Positions 29,752-40,900 of a DNA stretch of 64,000 nt are shown here, in pieces. The notes beneath the pieces were generated by a model, which was not told the origin of the DNA, searched no databases, and saw only the letters and a program-made list of their open reading frames with translations. The first letter of the stretch is position 1; each line of letters opens with the position of its first letter. Origin of the DNA: Candidatus Latescibacterota bacterium (lineage in GTDB: Bacteria > Latescibacterota > CBDEFO01); assembly GCA_965248755.1 (NCBI GenBank), contig OZ252149.1, forward strand, positions 2,560,001 through 2,624,000, given 5' to 3'. A program made the translations under genes and the position numbers.

Positions 29752-31038
29752 TTATTCTAAATTTTGAACATCAATTTTTCCCTGCTTTTCATCGACCTTA
29801 TATAAGAGAATCCCGCCGAGAATAAATAAGATCACAATTGAACCAATTCCAGCTCGTGAAGCTATATCCGAGTATCCAAAACTTCGAGCAACCATACCCA
29901 CACCGCCATACAGAAGTGGGCCAATTATTGCGGCGAATTTTCCGAGCATATTATAAAAGCCGTAAAACTCAGCCACTTGATTAGGCGGGATTAATCGAGA
30001 ATAAAATGAACGACTTAATGCTTGAACTCCACCTTGAACCAATCCAATAACTCCTGCCAGGATATAAAATTCGTAGCTGTTGGTCATAAACATTGCAAAT
30101 ATTGTAACGAAGAAATATACAATAATTCCAATGAAAATTGATTTCTTGACATTCCACTTTTGACCGAGCTTTCCGAAAGCTATAGCGCTTGGAAATCCGA
30201 CAAACTGTGTTATCAGAAGTGCCTTAATCAGATCAGTTATCTCAAAACCGATGGATAGTCCAAAATCCACAGCCATACGAACGATTGTATCCACACCGTC
30301 TATATAAAACCAATAAGCAATTAAGAATAAGAAAGTCATACGTAACTGTCGAATTTTTTTGAAGGTATGCCTTAATTGCTGGAACCCACCTATAATCAGA
30401 TTTTCCGAAGAGACAACATTTGCTTTTTCTTCTTTTACCCATATAATCAAAGGAATTGTAAATAATCCCCACCAGAGTCCGACGGTTAAGAACGTAAATT
30501 TGATAGCTTCATGCCAATTTTCTAATCCAAACAAATCAGGCCAATTGTACATCATTACATTGATAGCGAATAAAATTCCTCCTCCTAAATAACCAAGAGC
30601 AAATCCCAATCCTGATATATAATCAATCTTTTCTTCGCTGGCTACCGAAGGAAGGAGGGAATCATATAAAACATTTGCACCCGAAAATCCGATTATTCCA
30701 ATTCCATAAATAATCGAAGCAAGCACCCATTGTCCCTCTCCCAATAGAAAGAGAGTTGAGGTCATTAGAACACCAACATAGGCAAAGAAAATAAGAAATC
30801 TCTTTTTTTGCGAACCTCGGTCGGCAATCGCTCCAAGTATTGGGGCAGAGGCTGCAACAATCAGGCTTGCAACGGAATTAGCAATACTTAACCTAAATGA
30901 GAATACAGTATCATCAACGCCTGCATTCCAAAACACTTTGAAAAAAATCGGGAAAAACCCAGCCATTACTGTTGTAGCAAAGGCAGAGTTGGCCCAGTCG
31001 TACATTGCCCAGCCGAAAATTTGTTTTTTCTTGTTCAT
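29752..31038 (-). CDS. MFS transporter, UMF1/ATG22 family
   Basis: WAMYDWANSAF, GYLGGG, DGVDT, QALSRS, EFYGFY. Confidence 0.92.
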   Translation of the reverse strand: MNKKKQIFGWAMYDWANSAFATTVMAGFFPIFFKVFWNAGVDDTVFSFRLSIANSVASLIVAASAPILGAIADRGSQKKRFLIFFAYVGVLMTSTLFLLGEGQWVLASIIYGIGIIGFSGANVLYDSLLPSVASEEKIDYISGLGFALGYLGGGILFAINVMMYNWPDLFGLENWHEAIKFTFLTVGLWWGLFTIPLIIWVKEEKANVVSSENLIIGGFQQLRHTFKKIRQLRMTFLFLIAYWFYIDGVDTIVRMAVDFGLSIGFEITDLIKALLITQFVGFPSAIAFGKLGQKWNVKKSIFIGIIVYFFVTIFAMFMTNSYEFYILAGVIGLVQGGVQALSRSFYSRLIPPNQVAEFYGFYNMLGKFAAIIGPLLYGGVGMVARSFGYSDIASRAGIGSIVILFILGGILLYKVDEKQGKIDVQNLE

Positions 31039-31189
31039 ATAAGTCTCCTGTAGCCTTAAATAACCCTCTGCCGTGATCACCGCCGGATAGACGGAGTTAG
31101 CAAAATCATAAAGGTCCCAGTCACACTATCCGCCTGGTTTTCCACTGTTACCTCCTACGGTAGAAGAATAGCAGGGATCCCACTCAAGG

Positions 31190-33057
31190 TCAATCCCGAT
31201 CTCGGAATCCCAATACTATTGATCCTATATGTTCATCTATGTTGGATCTTGTGAGTTGGAGGACAAGCTCCTCTGTAGATGATAGAATAAACAGTCCAAT
31301 TGCCACATAGAATAGGTCTTGATGATAGCTGAGTAGGAAAGCGTGGACTATGAAGATATATCCGCCAATCCCCACTGCTTTGCTTGAGTAGAGATGCATA
31401 TTGGCAAACCTTCTGAATTTTAACCAGCCCACTAGTAGAGATAATGCATACAGAAGTATAGACGTAAAGGACAATACCTGATGTGTACTGCCCCCCAGAA
31501 AAGCGACATCAATTAAGCAACTTGGGGTAGCAGATAAAATTGTTTTCTCCACTCTTCCGGGGTCTTGTATCCCAGGGATGAATGAAGCCTGTTCTTGTTG
31601 TAATTATCGATCCACTGAGATATGATCTTCTCAGCTTGTTCAAAGGACTTGAAATTGTGAAGCCACACACACTCCTGCTTGAGGGTCCTGAAAAAACGTT
31701 CTATGACCCCGTTCCAATCGGCCTTTCCGCTCGGAATATATTCTTGACGAATGTCCCAATATTCGGTACTTGCCAAATAGGTCCGAGACAAAAAGATGGA
31801 GCCGTTGTCAGAGCGCAAAGTGAGACCCTGGGGGACAGCCTCCTTAGGAAGTGTATCGAGAGATCACGGCCCGATCCAGGGCATCTGTGGCCTCCAGTGC
31901 CCTCCCTTTTCGACTAAAACGATACCCGGGGAACCTCCCGACTCCCGTTGTCCACCACCGCAATAAGAGGACACCAACCATCTTCCCCACAATAGATCTT
32001 GGTCAAGTCAGCCGACCAGAGACTGTCAGGACGATCCATCACAGAACGCTTCTGGGCAACCTGTGGCCCCTTTCTCCCGGGGTCCCCGATTGATTCTATC
32101 GGGGATTCCACAGCTTACACTGCCACCCCTTAAGCTTCATTATCCTATGAACCTTCTTGATGTTGACATATGCCCCTTCCTTGAAACGAAGATGCGCCCA
32201 AACCCGCCTGTGACCAAATGCCTCTTCTTGGTCGAGTATCCCTCGAATACGAAAAGCAAGCTGTTCATCTATCACAGACTCTTCGACAGAAGAACTGACA
32301 CCTCTATACCTAAGCCTACACAGAGTCGAACGATGCAAACCCAAAGCCAAAGCTACCACCTTCCGGGAATAGCCTCGACCCAAAAACCGCTCACTCAAGG
32401 CAACCGCTTCGTTTTTTTTAGACGGGCTACCTCCTCGAGTATCTCCAACTGGAGGGTTAAGTGCCCTACCTTACGCTCCAACCGGCTGACCTCCCGCTCC
32501 TTCGCATCCTTGCGACCACGCCGAGACTTCAGACTCTCCTGGCCTCCTTCCAAGAAACTATCACGCCAAGCATACGCCTGTGACTGGCTAATTCCATTCT
32601 TCCAACACACCTCTGATACATTCGCTCCTTTCAAAACAGCCAACACCACCTCTACCTTACGGGTCGCCGTCCAGCGCTTACCATCTTTCACTTCGGGGCT
32701 TGACACCTTGACCTCCTTTCTCAAACCCCAATTTGCAAAATATTTGTCGCCCTGTCAAGGGGAGCGGTATGGATGATCTGCAATTATTTCTGGTCTCAAT
32801 ATGAAAATCCATACTATTACTGAGGGTATGAGCAGATTATCCGCCAAAGAATCCAATTTGCTGCCGAGCCCACTAGCTTGGTTGAATTTTCTGGCCATCA
32901 GACCGTCCAGAAAATCTGTCAGACCTACTATGATTAGTCCGATACCAACGTAAAATGACAATTTCATAAGGGCCAAAATCCATAAGATTGGAATTAGGAA
33001 TAATCTCAAGCCTGAGAGTTGATTTGGAACCGTTTGGAACTGTTTAAGAACTTGCAT
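31190..33057 (-). pseudogene. CDP-alcohol phosphatidyltransferase split by an IS3-family element
   Basis: PNQLSGLR, TDFLDGLMARK..GSKLDSLAD; removing the IS and one GATG restores IIADHQVLSF... Confidence 0.9.
31484..32771 (-). mobile_element. IS3-family element copy 1 (1288 bp, orfB broken), 4-bp TSD GATG
   Basis: GATG at 31480-83 and 32772-75; same ORF translations as copy 2. Confidence 0.95.
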
Positions 33058-33108
33058 GGATTCTCCGTGCTTTGGGACAGTGTTCTGGATGCTGGAAAAT
33101 TGCCCCGT

Positions 33109-34339
33109 TTAGCTACCTGAATCTGACAGACTGGAAACCATCTGCTGAACTTCGGTTTCCAATTCCAGGCTCAGACGCTGTATGGTGTCTCTTTTCTCTT
33201 TTTCGTAAGCTTCATAAGCGTCCAACAGATTTATAGGAGTGGCAACATGGATAAGAGCCGTCCTGGGTCCTTTCGTTTTGGGGAAGCCGTAGACTTCCTT
33301 TTCCAAGCGGGCGATGACTTCCAGAAAGCGTTCCTGAGATGGATTTTCACCGACGTACCCTTCGTAGATGGCAATAAAGTTCACGATTCGGCTAAGGTCT
33401 AACTAAAATTGTCGAAATTTGTCGAGACGCTGTTCGTGGATCTCTTTTCCATATTCCGTCAACTCGTCCTCTTCCATGTAGACCTCCTCATCGATCTGGT
33501 TACCAATAGCCCGGACCCTATTCAGAGGAAGAGATCCCGACCGGGGAACAATTCCCACAAAGTTCTCCATCTCTGACAGAATATGTTCTCTCAACTGTTG
33601 AATGCGCTCGTTGAGTGAACTTTCCTCGCTTAGAGGAAGTTGATATTCCTTGTGCCAGTGTTACCTATAGGACAGCCCCCACGTTTTGGAGGCGATCGTA
33701 TAAATCTTCTGATAGATTTGAATTCTTTGGCAGGACTTTTCTCTCTAACTTTGCGAGTGCCTTTTCAATTTCCTGCCACATATCTTTCTTGTAGATATAC
33801 TTGATAGCCACACGCACAACGTAAATTGGTTTTACTTGTCCAGACTTCTTTATATCGTCCAGTGCCCAGAAGCCCAACTGTACAACGCCACTTTCAAAGG
33901 GCATCACCGTATCGTTCTGGTGTGAGATTTCTCCCTCAGCAAAAATGACCAATTTACGCTTTCCTTCTGAGAGGGTCTCTCGCGTTATCCGAAACGATTC
34001 GCGATCAACGGCACCGTGCACCACTGAATAGACCCCGAGGCGCTGCATGAAAAATTCCCTCAGACCGCCTCCACCGCGGAGGTGGAGAGTCTCCCGCGCT
34101 GCTACATAGCGGAATCGCTCCCCGAGGAGTTTTGAGAGCGCAAAGATTACAGAAGCATCTTCAGGGCTTGGATAGTTAGGTACCATTACGGTAGCGAATC
34201 CGGCAGTCGCTCTTAACCTCTCCTGAGATTCAGCGTCAACATCTAAACTTAACCCCTTCAGTCGCATGATTAAGGGCACCAGCTACTTGGCTGGCCTAAG
34301 GACGAAATCATTCTCTTTCGGAGGTTTGAAGTCTAACAT
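33109..34339 (-). pseudogene. PlsC-like phospholipid acyltransferase, fragmented
   Basis: MLDFKPPK..*; PNYPSPEDA, FAEGEIS, PFESGVVQL, AIKY; several frameshifted pieces. Confidence 0.8.
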
Positions 34340-34436
34340 TGTGAGCTACTTGGCATTACGCTTTCCGCGAGAGGCTTGTAGCAGATAGGCATGGAAGGAG
34401 GTATCCCTATCTAATTTCAATCTGTTACGATCTGGT

Positions 34437-34775
34437 TTATGTCTTGGACAGCGGGATATTGGGAAAACTTGGGCCGCAAAAGGTTGAGGGGATAGATTCC
34501 GAAAGTTCATCATGCGACATGCACTCGTCCAAGAGGACGAAATACTCCTTGTGCGATGCAGCGTACTTTTTGTGGGGCGAGGCCACATTGCAGTCGGCGG
34601 AGCCAGCTCCGAATTCCCGCTCTATCGCTTCCTTCAACTTCGGGTGGACGATCTTACCTTTGATATTTTTCTTGTATCGTGTCTCCTCTTCGAACTTGCG
34701 TATATGTTTGTAGAGGTGGTCGTACATCGGCCTACACTGAAGAAAAGGAAGTTTAGGACCTTTAAATTCAGGCAT
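34437..34775 (-). CDS. Hypothetical protein
   Basis: 112-aa ORF preceded by AAGGGGAAG; no recognised motif. Confidence 0.45.
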   Translation of the reverse strand: MPEFKGPKLPFLQCRPMYDHLYKHIRKFEEETRYKKNIKGKIVHPKLKEAIEREFGAGSADCNVASPHKKYAASHKEYFVLLDECMSHDELSESIPSTFCGPSFPNIPLSKT

Positions 34776-34948
34776 AGACTTCCCCTTTACCCTAATCTAC
34801 TATCTCCCACACGTCAGACAGGAATGTCTGACCCACCGGGTTCAGCCCCACTTGCCTTTGCTTTCCCCCAGCTTATTGAAGTTAGGGGGATGGGAGGTGG
34901 TGCCCTGTCTACTGACTACCCCCGATTGAATCTATCGGGGGCTCGTGT

Positions 34949-35683
34949 CTACTTATTTTTGTCCTCCACCTTTTTTATCTTGTCGAGCCTCCTCTGATGT
35001 CTGCCTCCTGCAAAGGCAGTGTCAAGCCAGATCTTTACTATCTGTAGAGCCATCGGTTCGCCAGTCATATACGCCCCTAAGGACAAAAGATTTGCCCCCA
35101 CCTTACTCCTTGCCTCCCTTGCCATCAAAGTGTCCCAACAGACGGCGGCGTAGACCCCTGGAACTTTATTGCACACGATCGCCGATGCAAAGCCGCCGCC
35201 ATCTATCACGATCCCTGTACCACATTCCCCCTCAGATACGGCGTTTGCCACTTTTTCGGATATATCAGGATAGTCCACAGGCTGAGTCGAAGATGTTCCG
35301 AAGTCCACTACGTCCCTTCCACTCTCCTTTAGAAACTTCTTGATCGCCTCTTTCATGGCGTAACCGCTGTGGTCTGATCCCAAAGCGACACGTTCGAAAG
35401 AGGATTCGGGAATCTTGGTGGAGTCTGAATCTGCAGTGAGATTTTCGGCAATCGCAAGAGATATTCCGGCCTTTCTCATCATGTCTTGTGCTAAAGGAGT
35501 GACTACAACTTTCGTCTTGGCAGAGATATACCTACAACCTTTCGAGATAGCCGACGAGACATCTTCTGCCGTAATCACGGACTTTTGAAAGACGATGGAG
35601 AGTTTATGCTCACTCCTCTGACTCCGGGTCAATCTTGCTATCACCTCTTCGACGATTTTGGCTATTTGATCTTCGTTCAACAC
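34949..35683 (-). CDS. rpiB: Ribose-5-phosphate isomerase B with ~95-aa N-terminal extension
   Basis: ALGSDHSG, VDYPD, CNKVPGV, FAGGRHQRRLDKI. Confidence 0.9.
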   Translation of the reverse strand: MLNEDQIAKIVEEVIARLTRSQRSEHKLSIVFQKSVITAEDVSSAISKGCRYISAKTKVVVTPLAQDMMRKAGISLAIAENLTADSDSTKIPESSFERVALGSDHSGYAMKEAIKKFLKESGRDVVDFGTSSTQPVDYPDISEKVANAVSEGECGTGIVIDGGGFASAIVCNKVPGVYAAVCWDTLMAREARSKVGANLLSLGAYMTGEPMALQIVKIWLDTAFAGGRHQRRLDKIKKVEDKNK

Positions 35684-35819
35684 AGAAAAGTCCCAAAGCT
35701 GGCAGGTTCAAGCTGCGTTGCAGAGCTTTCGCATTACGTAGCAGAAGTAATATATTGAAGTACAGTTCCCAAGTCAATATACAAAACTTATTGCATGTCC
35801 CTTTTCTTCAATCTTCCAT

Positions 35820-35846
35820 TAAAGATTCCATCTAATCTGCCGATAA
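35820..35846 (+). promoter_or_regulatory. Sigma-28 (FliA) promoter 1 of fliC
   Basis: TAAA-N15-GCCGATAA. Confidence 0.85.
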
Positions 35847-35901
35847 ACAAAAACAGATAGGCAGGTTAAATTGTAGAATCGTCAAAATTTATGTAGAGAA
35901 T

Positions 35902-35928
35902 TAAAGTTTCAAATAAAAGTGACGATAA
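35902..35928 (+). promoter_or_regulatory. Sigma-28 promoter 2 of fliC
   Basis: TAAA(GTTT)-N15-GACGATAA. Confidence 0.7.
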
Positions 35929-36026
35929 TTCTACGTAGAGACAAAAATGACTAAAGGAGGTGATTATGATCCCATCCGAAGTTCGTCGGCTCCTTCGGAC
36001 AGAATCAAATTGAGCCGTCAACAGAT

Positions 36027-36105
36027 GGGGCACGGACGCCCCGGACAAACCGTAGGGCTCCAAATCTTTCTGGAGCCAAAAGGTAGAATTTAACACGGAG
36101 GTTAA
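36027..36105 (+). promoter_or_regulatory. Two putative CsrA-binding hairpins in the fliC leader
   Basis: GGGGC-ACGGAC-GCCCC and TTAAC-ACGGAG-GTTAA (the second includes the SD). Confidence 0.65.
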
Positions 36106-36108
36106 GAA

Positions 36109-37350
36109 ATGGCAAGAATCAACACTAACATCGCTGCTATGAACGCCATCAACGCGTTGCGGAACATCAACAAAAGGCTTGATGTGCATCAGCTCAGACT
36201 GGCCACGGGTAAGAGGATCAACACCGCTGCCGACGACGCTGCGGGATTGTCCATAGCCAATAAGCTGAAGGTAAGAGCGGAAGGTCTGGGTGTCGCAATC
36301 AACAATATAGGCGACGCCAAGAACCTCTTGGCCATCGCCGAAGGACACCTCCAGACCATCAGCGACACCCTGGGAACGATGAGAGCCAAAGCCGCCCAGG
36401 CGGCAAACGACACTCTGGGAGCTTCAGAGAGGACTACTTTAAAGAACGAGATAGAGCAGTTGGCCACGGAGATCGACGACCAGGTGGGACAGGCTCTGTT
36501 CAACAACATCGAGATCTTGAAAACCGCGACCGCCGCTTTTGATTTCCAGGTGGGAGCTGGAACTCTCGATACCATAACGTTCGATCTTACGGATACGTCT
36601 ACTTCAGGATACGCAACAGGATACACAGCGGCGCAGCTGGATGTGGTTGTAGGCTCTGCGACTGCTTCTGTCGCCACTACCTACGATCCCGTAAGTTTCA
36701 CTGTGGCTGTGGCTACTTCCCCTACATTCATCAACTCCGGCTTAAGTGAACTTACGGAGGGGTTCTACACAGTGGAAGTGACAGACGTAACCTACACTGC
36801 CGCTGGTGCCGCTACAGTCGGGACCATCACGTTCCAGGTAAGAGATTCAGCTGGCGTTATAGTCAATATCGATGCAGATGGACTCACAACAACAAAATCA
36901 GACACAGATGCCTCTGCAAGTATTACTTTTAGCGCAGGAGGGGACACCATCGAGTATGACACGGGTGTCGGATTTACGGTAGATTTTTCAGCGATAGCGT
37001 CTCTAACCTCAACTACCTCGACCTTCGGTATCGATTACGAACCTGATGGCGGCAGCGTAGCTACCAACGCCAATGCTACGGCTTTCGTCCAGAAGCTTGA
37101 CGACGCCATAGCCAATGTCTCTGAAGGGCTGAGCTATTTGGGGGCATTTACCAACAGGTTATCGGTCAAAGAGGACTCGCTGGCAACTGCGCAGGTGAAC
37201 ACCGAGTCTTCCAGAAGCAGGATCCAGGATGCTGACATAGCGCTTGAGCAGTTAGAGGCCACCAAGCTGCAGATACTGCAGCAGACGGCCGTAGCTATAC
37301 TGGCTCAAACCAACGTAGCTCCACAGATAGTACTGTCTCTCTTCCAGTAA
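36109..37350 (+). CDS. fliC: Flagellin
   Basis: RINTNIAA, RLATGKRINTAADDAAGL, SRIQDAD, ILQQ..AILAQ.N. Confidence 0.97.
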   Translation: MARINTNIAAMNAINALRNINKRLDVHQLRLATGKRINTAADDAAGLSIANKLKVRAEGLGVAINNIGDAKNLLAIAEGHLQTISDTLGTMRAKAAQAANDTLGASERTTLKNEIEQLATEIDDQVGQALFNNIEILKTATAAFDFQVGAGTLDTITFDLTDTSTSGYATGYTAAQLDVVVGSATASVATTYDPVSFTVAVATSPTFINSGLSELTEGFYTVEVTDVTYTAAGAATVGTITFQVRDSAGVIVNIDADGLTTTKSDTDASASITFSAGGDTIEYDTGVGFTVDFSAIASLTSTTSTFGIDYEPDGGSVATNANATAFVQKLDDAIANVSEGLSYLGAFTNRLSVKEDSLATAQVNTESSRSRIQDADIALEQLEATKLQILQQTAVAILAQTNVAPQIVLSLFQ

Positions 37351-37379
37351 ACCTGGTAAACCTTAAACCTGTTGAGAAT

Positions 37380-37417
37380 AGGAGGACAGACGGGATACTT
37401 CTCCCTCCTGTCCTCCT
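37380..37417 (+). terminator. Hairpin after fliC (terminator or mRNA-stabilising stem)
   Basis: AGGAGGACAG...CTGTCCTCCT; weak U-tract. Confidence 0.55.
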
Positions 37418-37557
37418 CCCTTCTCAAAATAAGGTAGGAAGTAGATAGGGGCGCAACAGATGGCCCCTTGGGCTATGTTAACGAAGGACACAACCAACAA
37501 CTTATGTGAATCCGGACAGGGAAGACCGGACACCTACAGCCAAGGAGAAGAACAAGA

Positions 37558-37917
37558 ATGGCGTCATATCCAGCTTTCGCACCTCCGAGAACACAGTTAT
37601 CTAATGTGTACAATAACTATAAAGACCAGGAGATATTAGCGGCAAGTCCGGAGCGTTTGACTCTCTTCATATTCGATTTTGCAGTCAAAGGTTGTAAGAA
37701 GAAAAAAGAGGATGATGTCAGCAGGGCTTTAGTCCAGCTCATAGATTCTCTAAACTTCAAGTATGAGGACGTTGCAGTGGGGCTCTTCAGATTGTACGAA
37801 TACTGTATGAGGATGGTAAAAGAGGGGGAATTTGAAGTTCCCCTGGAATTATTAAGTGAACTTCGTGACACCTGGGCAACGGCCATGGGTGAACAAACTC
37901 TGCCTGAGTCTTCATAG
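37558..37917 (+). CDS. fliS: Flagellin chaperone FliS
   Basis: Y....ILAASPERL, LIDSLNF, LFRLYEY, LRDTW. Confidence 0.88.
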   Translation: MASYPAFAPPRTQLSNVYNNYKDQEILAASPERLTLFIFDFAVKGCKKKKEDDVSRALVQLIDSLNFKYEDVAVGLFRLYEYCMRMVKEGEFEVPLELLSELRDTWATAMGEQTLPESS

Positions 37918-37955
37918 AACTTGGGTCCTTAAAGATGAGGAAGTAGGTACAAAAC

Positions 37956-40900
37956 ATGGCAAGTATTTCATCTGCATCCGGTATCAACTCTCTGGTTTCT
38001 CAGTTTTTGGCTTTAGAGAGGCGTCCCGTAACTTCCCTGGAAGACAAGAAGTCCACCATAAACCGGGAGATAGCGGTATTTACGGATGTCAATACTTCTC
38101 TTTCCAAGCTGGAAGATCTTGCAACGGATCTGGCTGATACTGAAACCACTTCTATTTTTGATGATAAGACGACTTCGTCTTCCGAGACAGACACAGTTAC
38201 CGCTACGTCCGCGTCGGGAGCTGCGGCGGGAAACTACACCTTCCGCGTGAAGCAGTTAGCCACAGCCACCTCTTTTAAGAGCACAGGCGATCTTAACACT
38301 TCCGCCGGGACCAAAAGTTCACCGCAGGTGGTGGACGGCGCCACAAATAATCTGGATACCACACTGAGCTTTGCAGATGCGGGATTCGACAACACCCCCG
38401 ACGGAACCGTTACGGTCGACGGTCAGACGTTCACCCTATCAAGCTACAGCACAGTGGACGCCTTTATAGATGCCATAAACGCCGACGCTACGGCGGCGGC
38501 CAACATCTATTACGACCAGGACGAGGACAAGTTCGTCATAGAAGCCGACAACGGAGGCGCCAGCATAACCATATCTGAGACCGGAACTGTGGGATTCTTT
38601 ACAGAGGTGAATATTGCCACAGGGACGTTTACCACCAACAGCGGAGCCGGCGTTCAGACGGACGTGCTGCTTTACAAAGCCAACTTCGACACAGCGCTTG
38701 CAAGCACAGATTCAGGGAGTTTCAAAATAAACGGCACCACGATAACCTTCGACGCTGACGAAGATACTTTCAACGAGGTCCTATCCAGGATAAACAGCTC
38801 GGAGGCGGGAGTCACAGCTTTCTACGACAACAGCCTCGACAGAGTGGTTGTAACCTCAGACGCTACCGGAACCGAAGAGATAGTATTCTCGGACATCAGC
38901 GGCACCTTCTTAAGTAGCGTGTTGAAGCTCTCAGGCGTGACACAGACCACAGGACAGGACGCCCTCTTTACGCTAAATAGTACAGATTCGGCCGACGAGA
39001 TAACCAAGTCGTCCAACACGTTCGAGATAAACGGCGTGACGTTTACGCTCAAAGCTACGAACGTTACCCTCTACACAGACTCCTCGGACGCTACGGTGAC
39101 CGTAAGTCAGGACACCGCCGCTATAGAGGCCAAGATAAAGAGCTTCTTGAGTCAGGTCAACAGCACTCTGAATTTCATCAAGGCCAAGTCCGCTGTCAAC
39201 GCTGACACATCCTTCAGGGGCGTACTTGCGGGTAACACCACGTTCACAAGTCTGAGGCGGGATATTCTGGATATCCTGACGGACGACGTATCGGGAGCTT
39301 CAACAGGCAAGCCGCAGAACCTGGGGGAAATAGGTATAACCTTCGACGACGACCTACAGGTGAGCCTCTCAGATGCAGCCCTTTTGGCGTCCGAGCTATC
39401 TGAAGATTCCGAGGCGGTCCAGCTCCTGTTCAACTCCACAAACGGCGTCGCCGCAAGGATAGAGGCCCTTTTGGAGCCGTTTACCGAAACCAACGGAATA
39501 ATTGACGACATAAAGGACAGCTCCAGCGACCGGATTGAAAGGATCATACCGCTCCCCTTGACAGGGCGACAAATATTTTGCAAATTGGGGTTTGAGAAAG
39601 GAGGTCAAGGTGTCAAGCCCCGAAGTGAAAGATGGTAAGCGCTGGACGGCGACCCGTAAGGTAGAGGTGGTGTTGGCTGTTTTGAAAGGAGCGAATGTAT
39701 CAGAGGTGTGTTGGAAGAATGGAATTAGCCAGTCACAGGCGTATGCTTGGCGTGATAGTTTCTTGGAAGGAGGCCAGGAGAGTCTGAAGTCTCGGCGTGG
39801 TCGCAAGGATGCGAAGGAGCGGGAGGTCAGCCGGTTGGAGCGTAAGGTAGGGCACTTAACCCTCCAGTTGGAGATACTCGAGGAGGTAGCCCGTCTAAAA
39901 AAAACGAAGCGGTTGCCTTGAGTGAGCGGTTTTTGGGTCGAGGCTATTCCCGGAAGGTGGTAGCTTTGGCTTTGGGTTTGCATCGTTCGACTCTGTGTAG
40001 GCTTAGGTATAGAGGTGTCAGTTCTTCTGTCGAAGAGTCTGTGATAGATGAACAGCTTGCTTTTCGTATTCGAGGGATACTCGACCAAGAAGAGGCATTT
40101 GGTCACAGGCGGGTTTGGGCGCATCTTCGTTTCAAGGAAGGGGCATATGTCAACATCAAGAAGGTTCATAGGATAATGAAGCTTAAGGGGTGGCAGTGTA
40201 AGCTGTGGAATCCCCGATAGAATCAATCGGGGACCCCGGGAGAAAGGGGCCACAGGTTGCCCAGAAGCGTTCTGTGATGGATCGTCCTGACAGTCTCTGG
40301 TCGGCTGACTTGACCAAGATCTATTGTGGGGAAGATGGTTGGTGTCCTCTTATTGCGGTGGTGGACAACGGGAGTCGGGAGGTTCCCCGGGTATCGTTTT
40401 AGTCGAAAAGGGAGGGCACTGGAGGCCACAGATGCCCTGGATCGGGCCGTGATCTCTCGATACACTTCCTAAGGAGGCTGTCCCCCAGGGTCTCACTTTG
40501 CGCTCTGACAACGGCTCCATCTTTTTGTCTCGGACCTATTTGGCAAGTACCGAATATTGGGACATTCGTCAAGAATATATTCCGAGCGGAAAGGCCGATT
40601 GGAACGGGGTCATAGAACGTTTTTTCAGGACCCTCAAGCAGGAGTGTGTGTGGCTTCACAATTTCAAGTCCTTTGAACAAGCTGAGAAGATCATATCTCA
40701 GTGGATCGATAATTACAACAAGAACAGGCTTCATTCATCCCTGGGATACAAGACCCCGGAAGAGTGGAGAAAACAATTTTATCTGCTACCCCAAGTTGCT
40801 TAATTGATGTCGCTTTTCTGGGGGGCAGTACAGGATCGACACTCAAATAGAGAGACTTGAAGAGAGAATCTCCCGAAAAGAGATCAGCTTCAGACGGAAG

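Noticed and set aside
32063..32776. 237-aa ORF (and its 285-aa twin at 39396-40253)
   Set aside because: Antisense shadow of IS3 orfA/orfB with no recognisable motif
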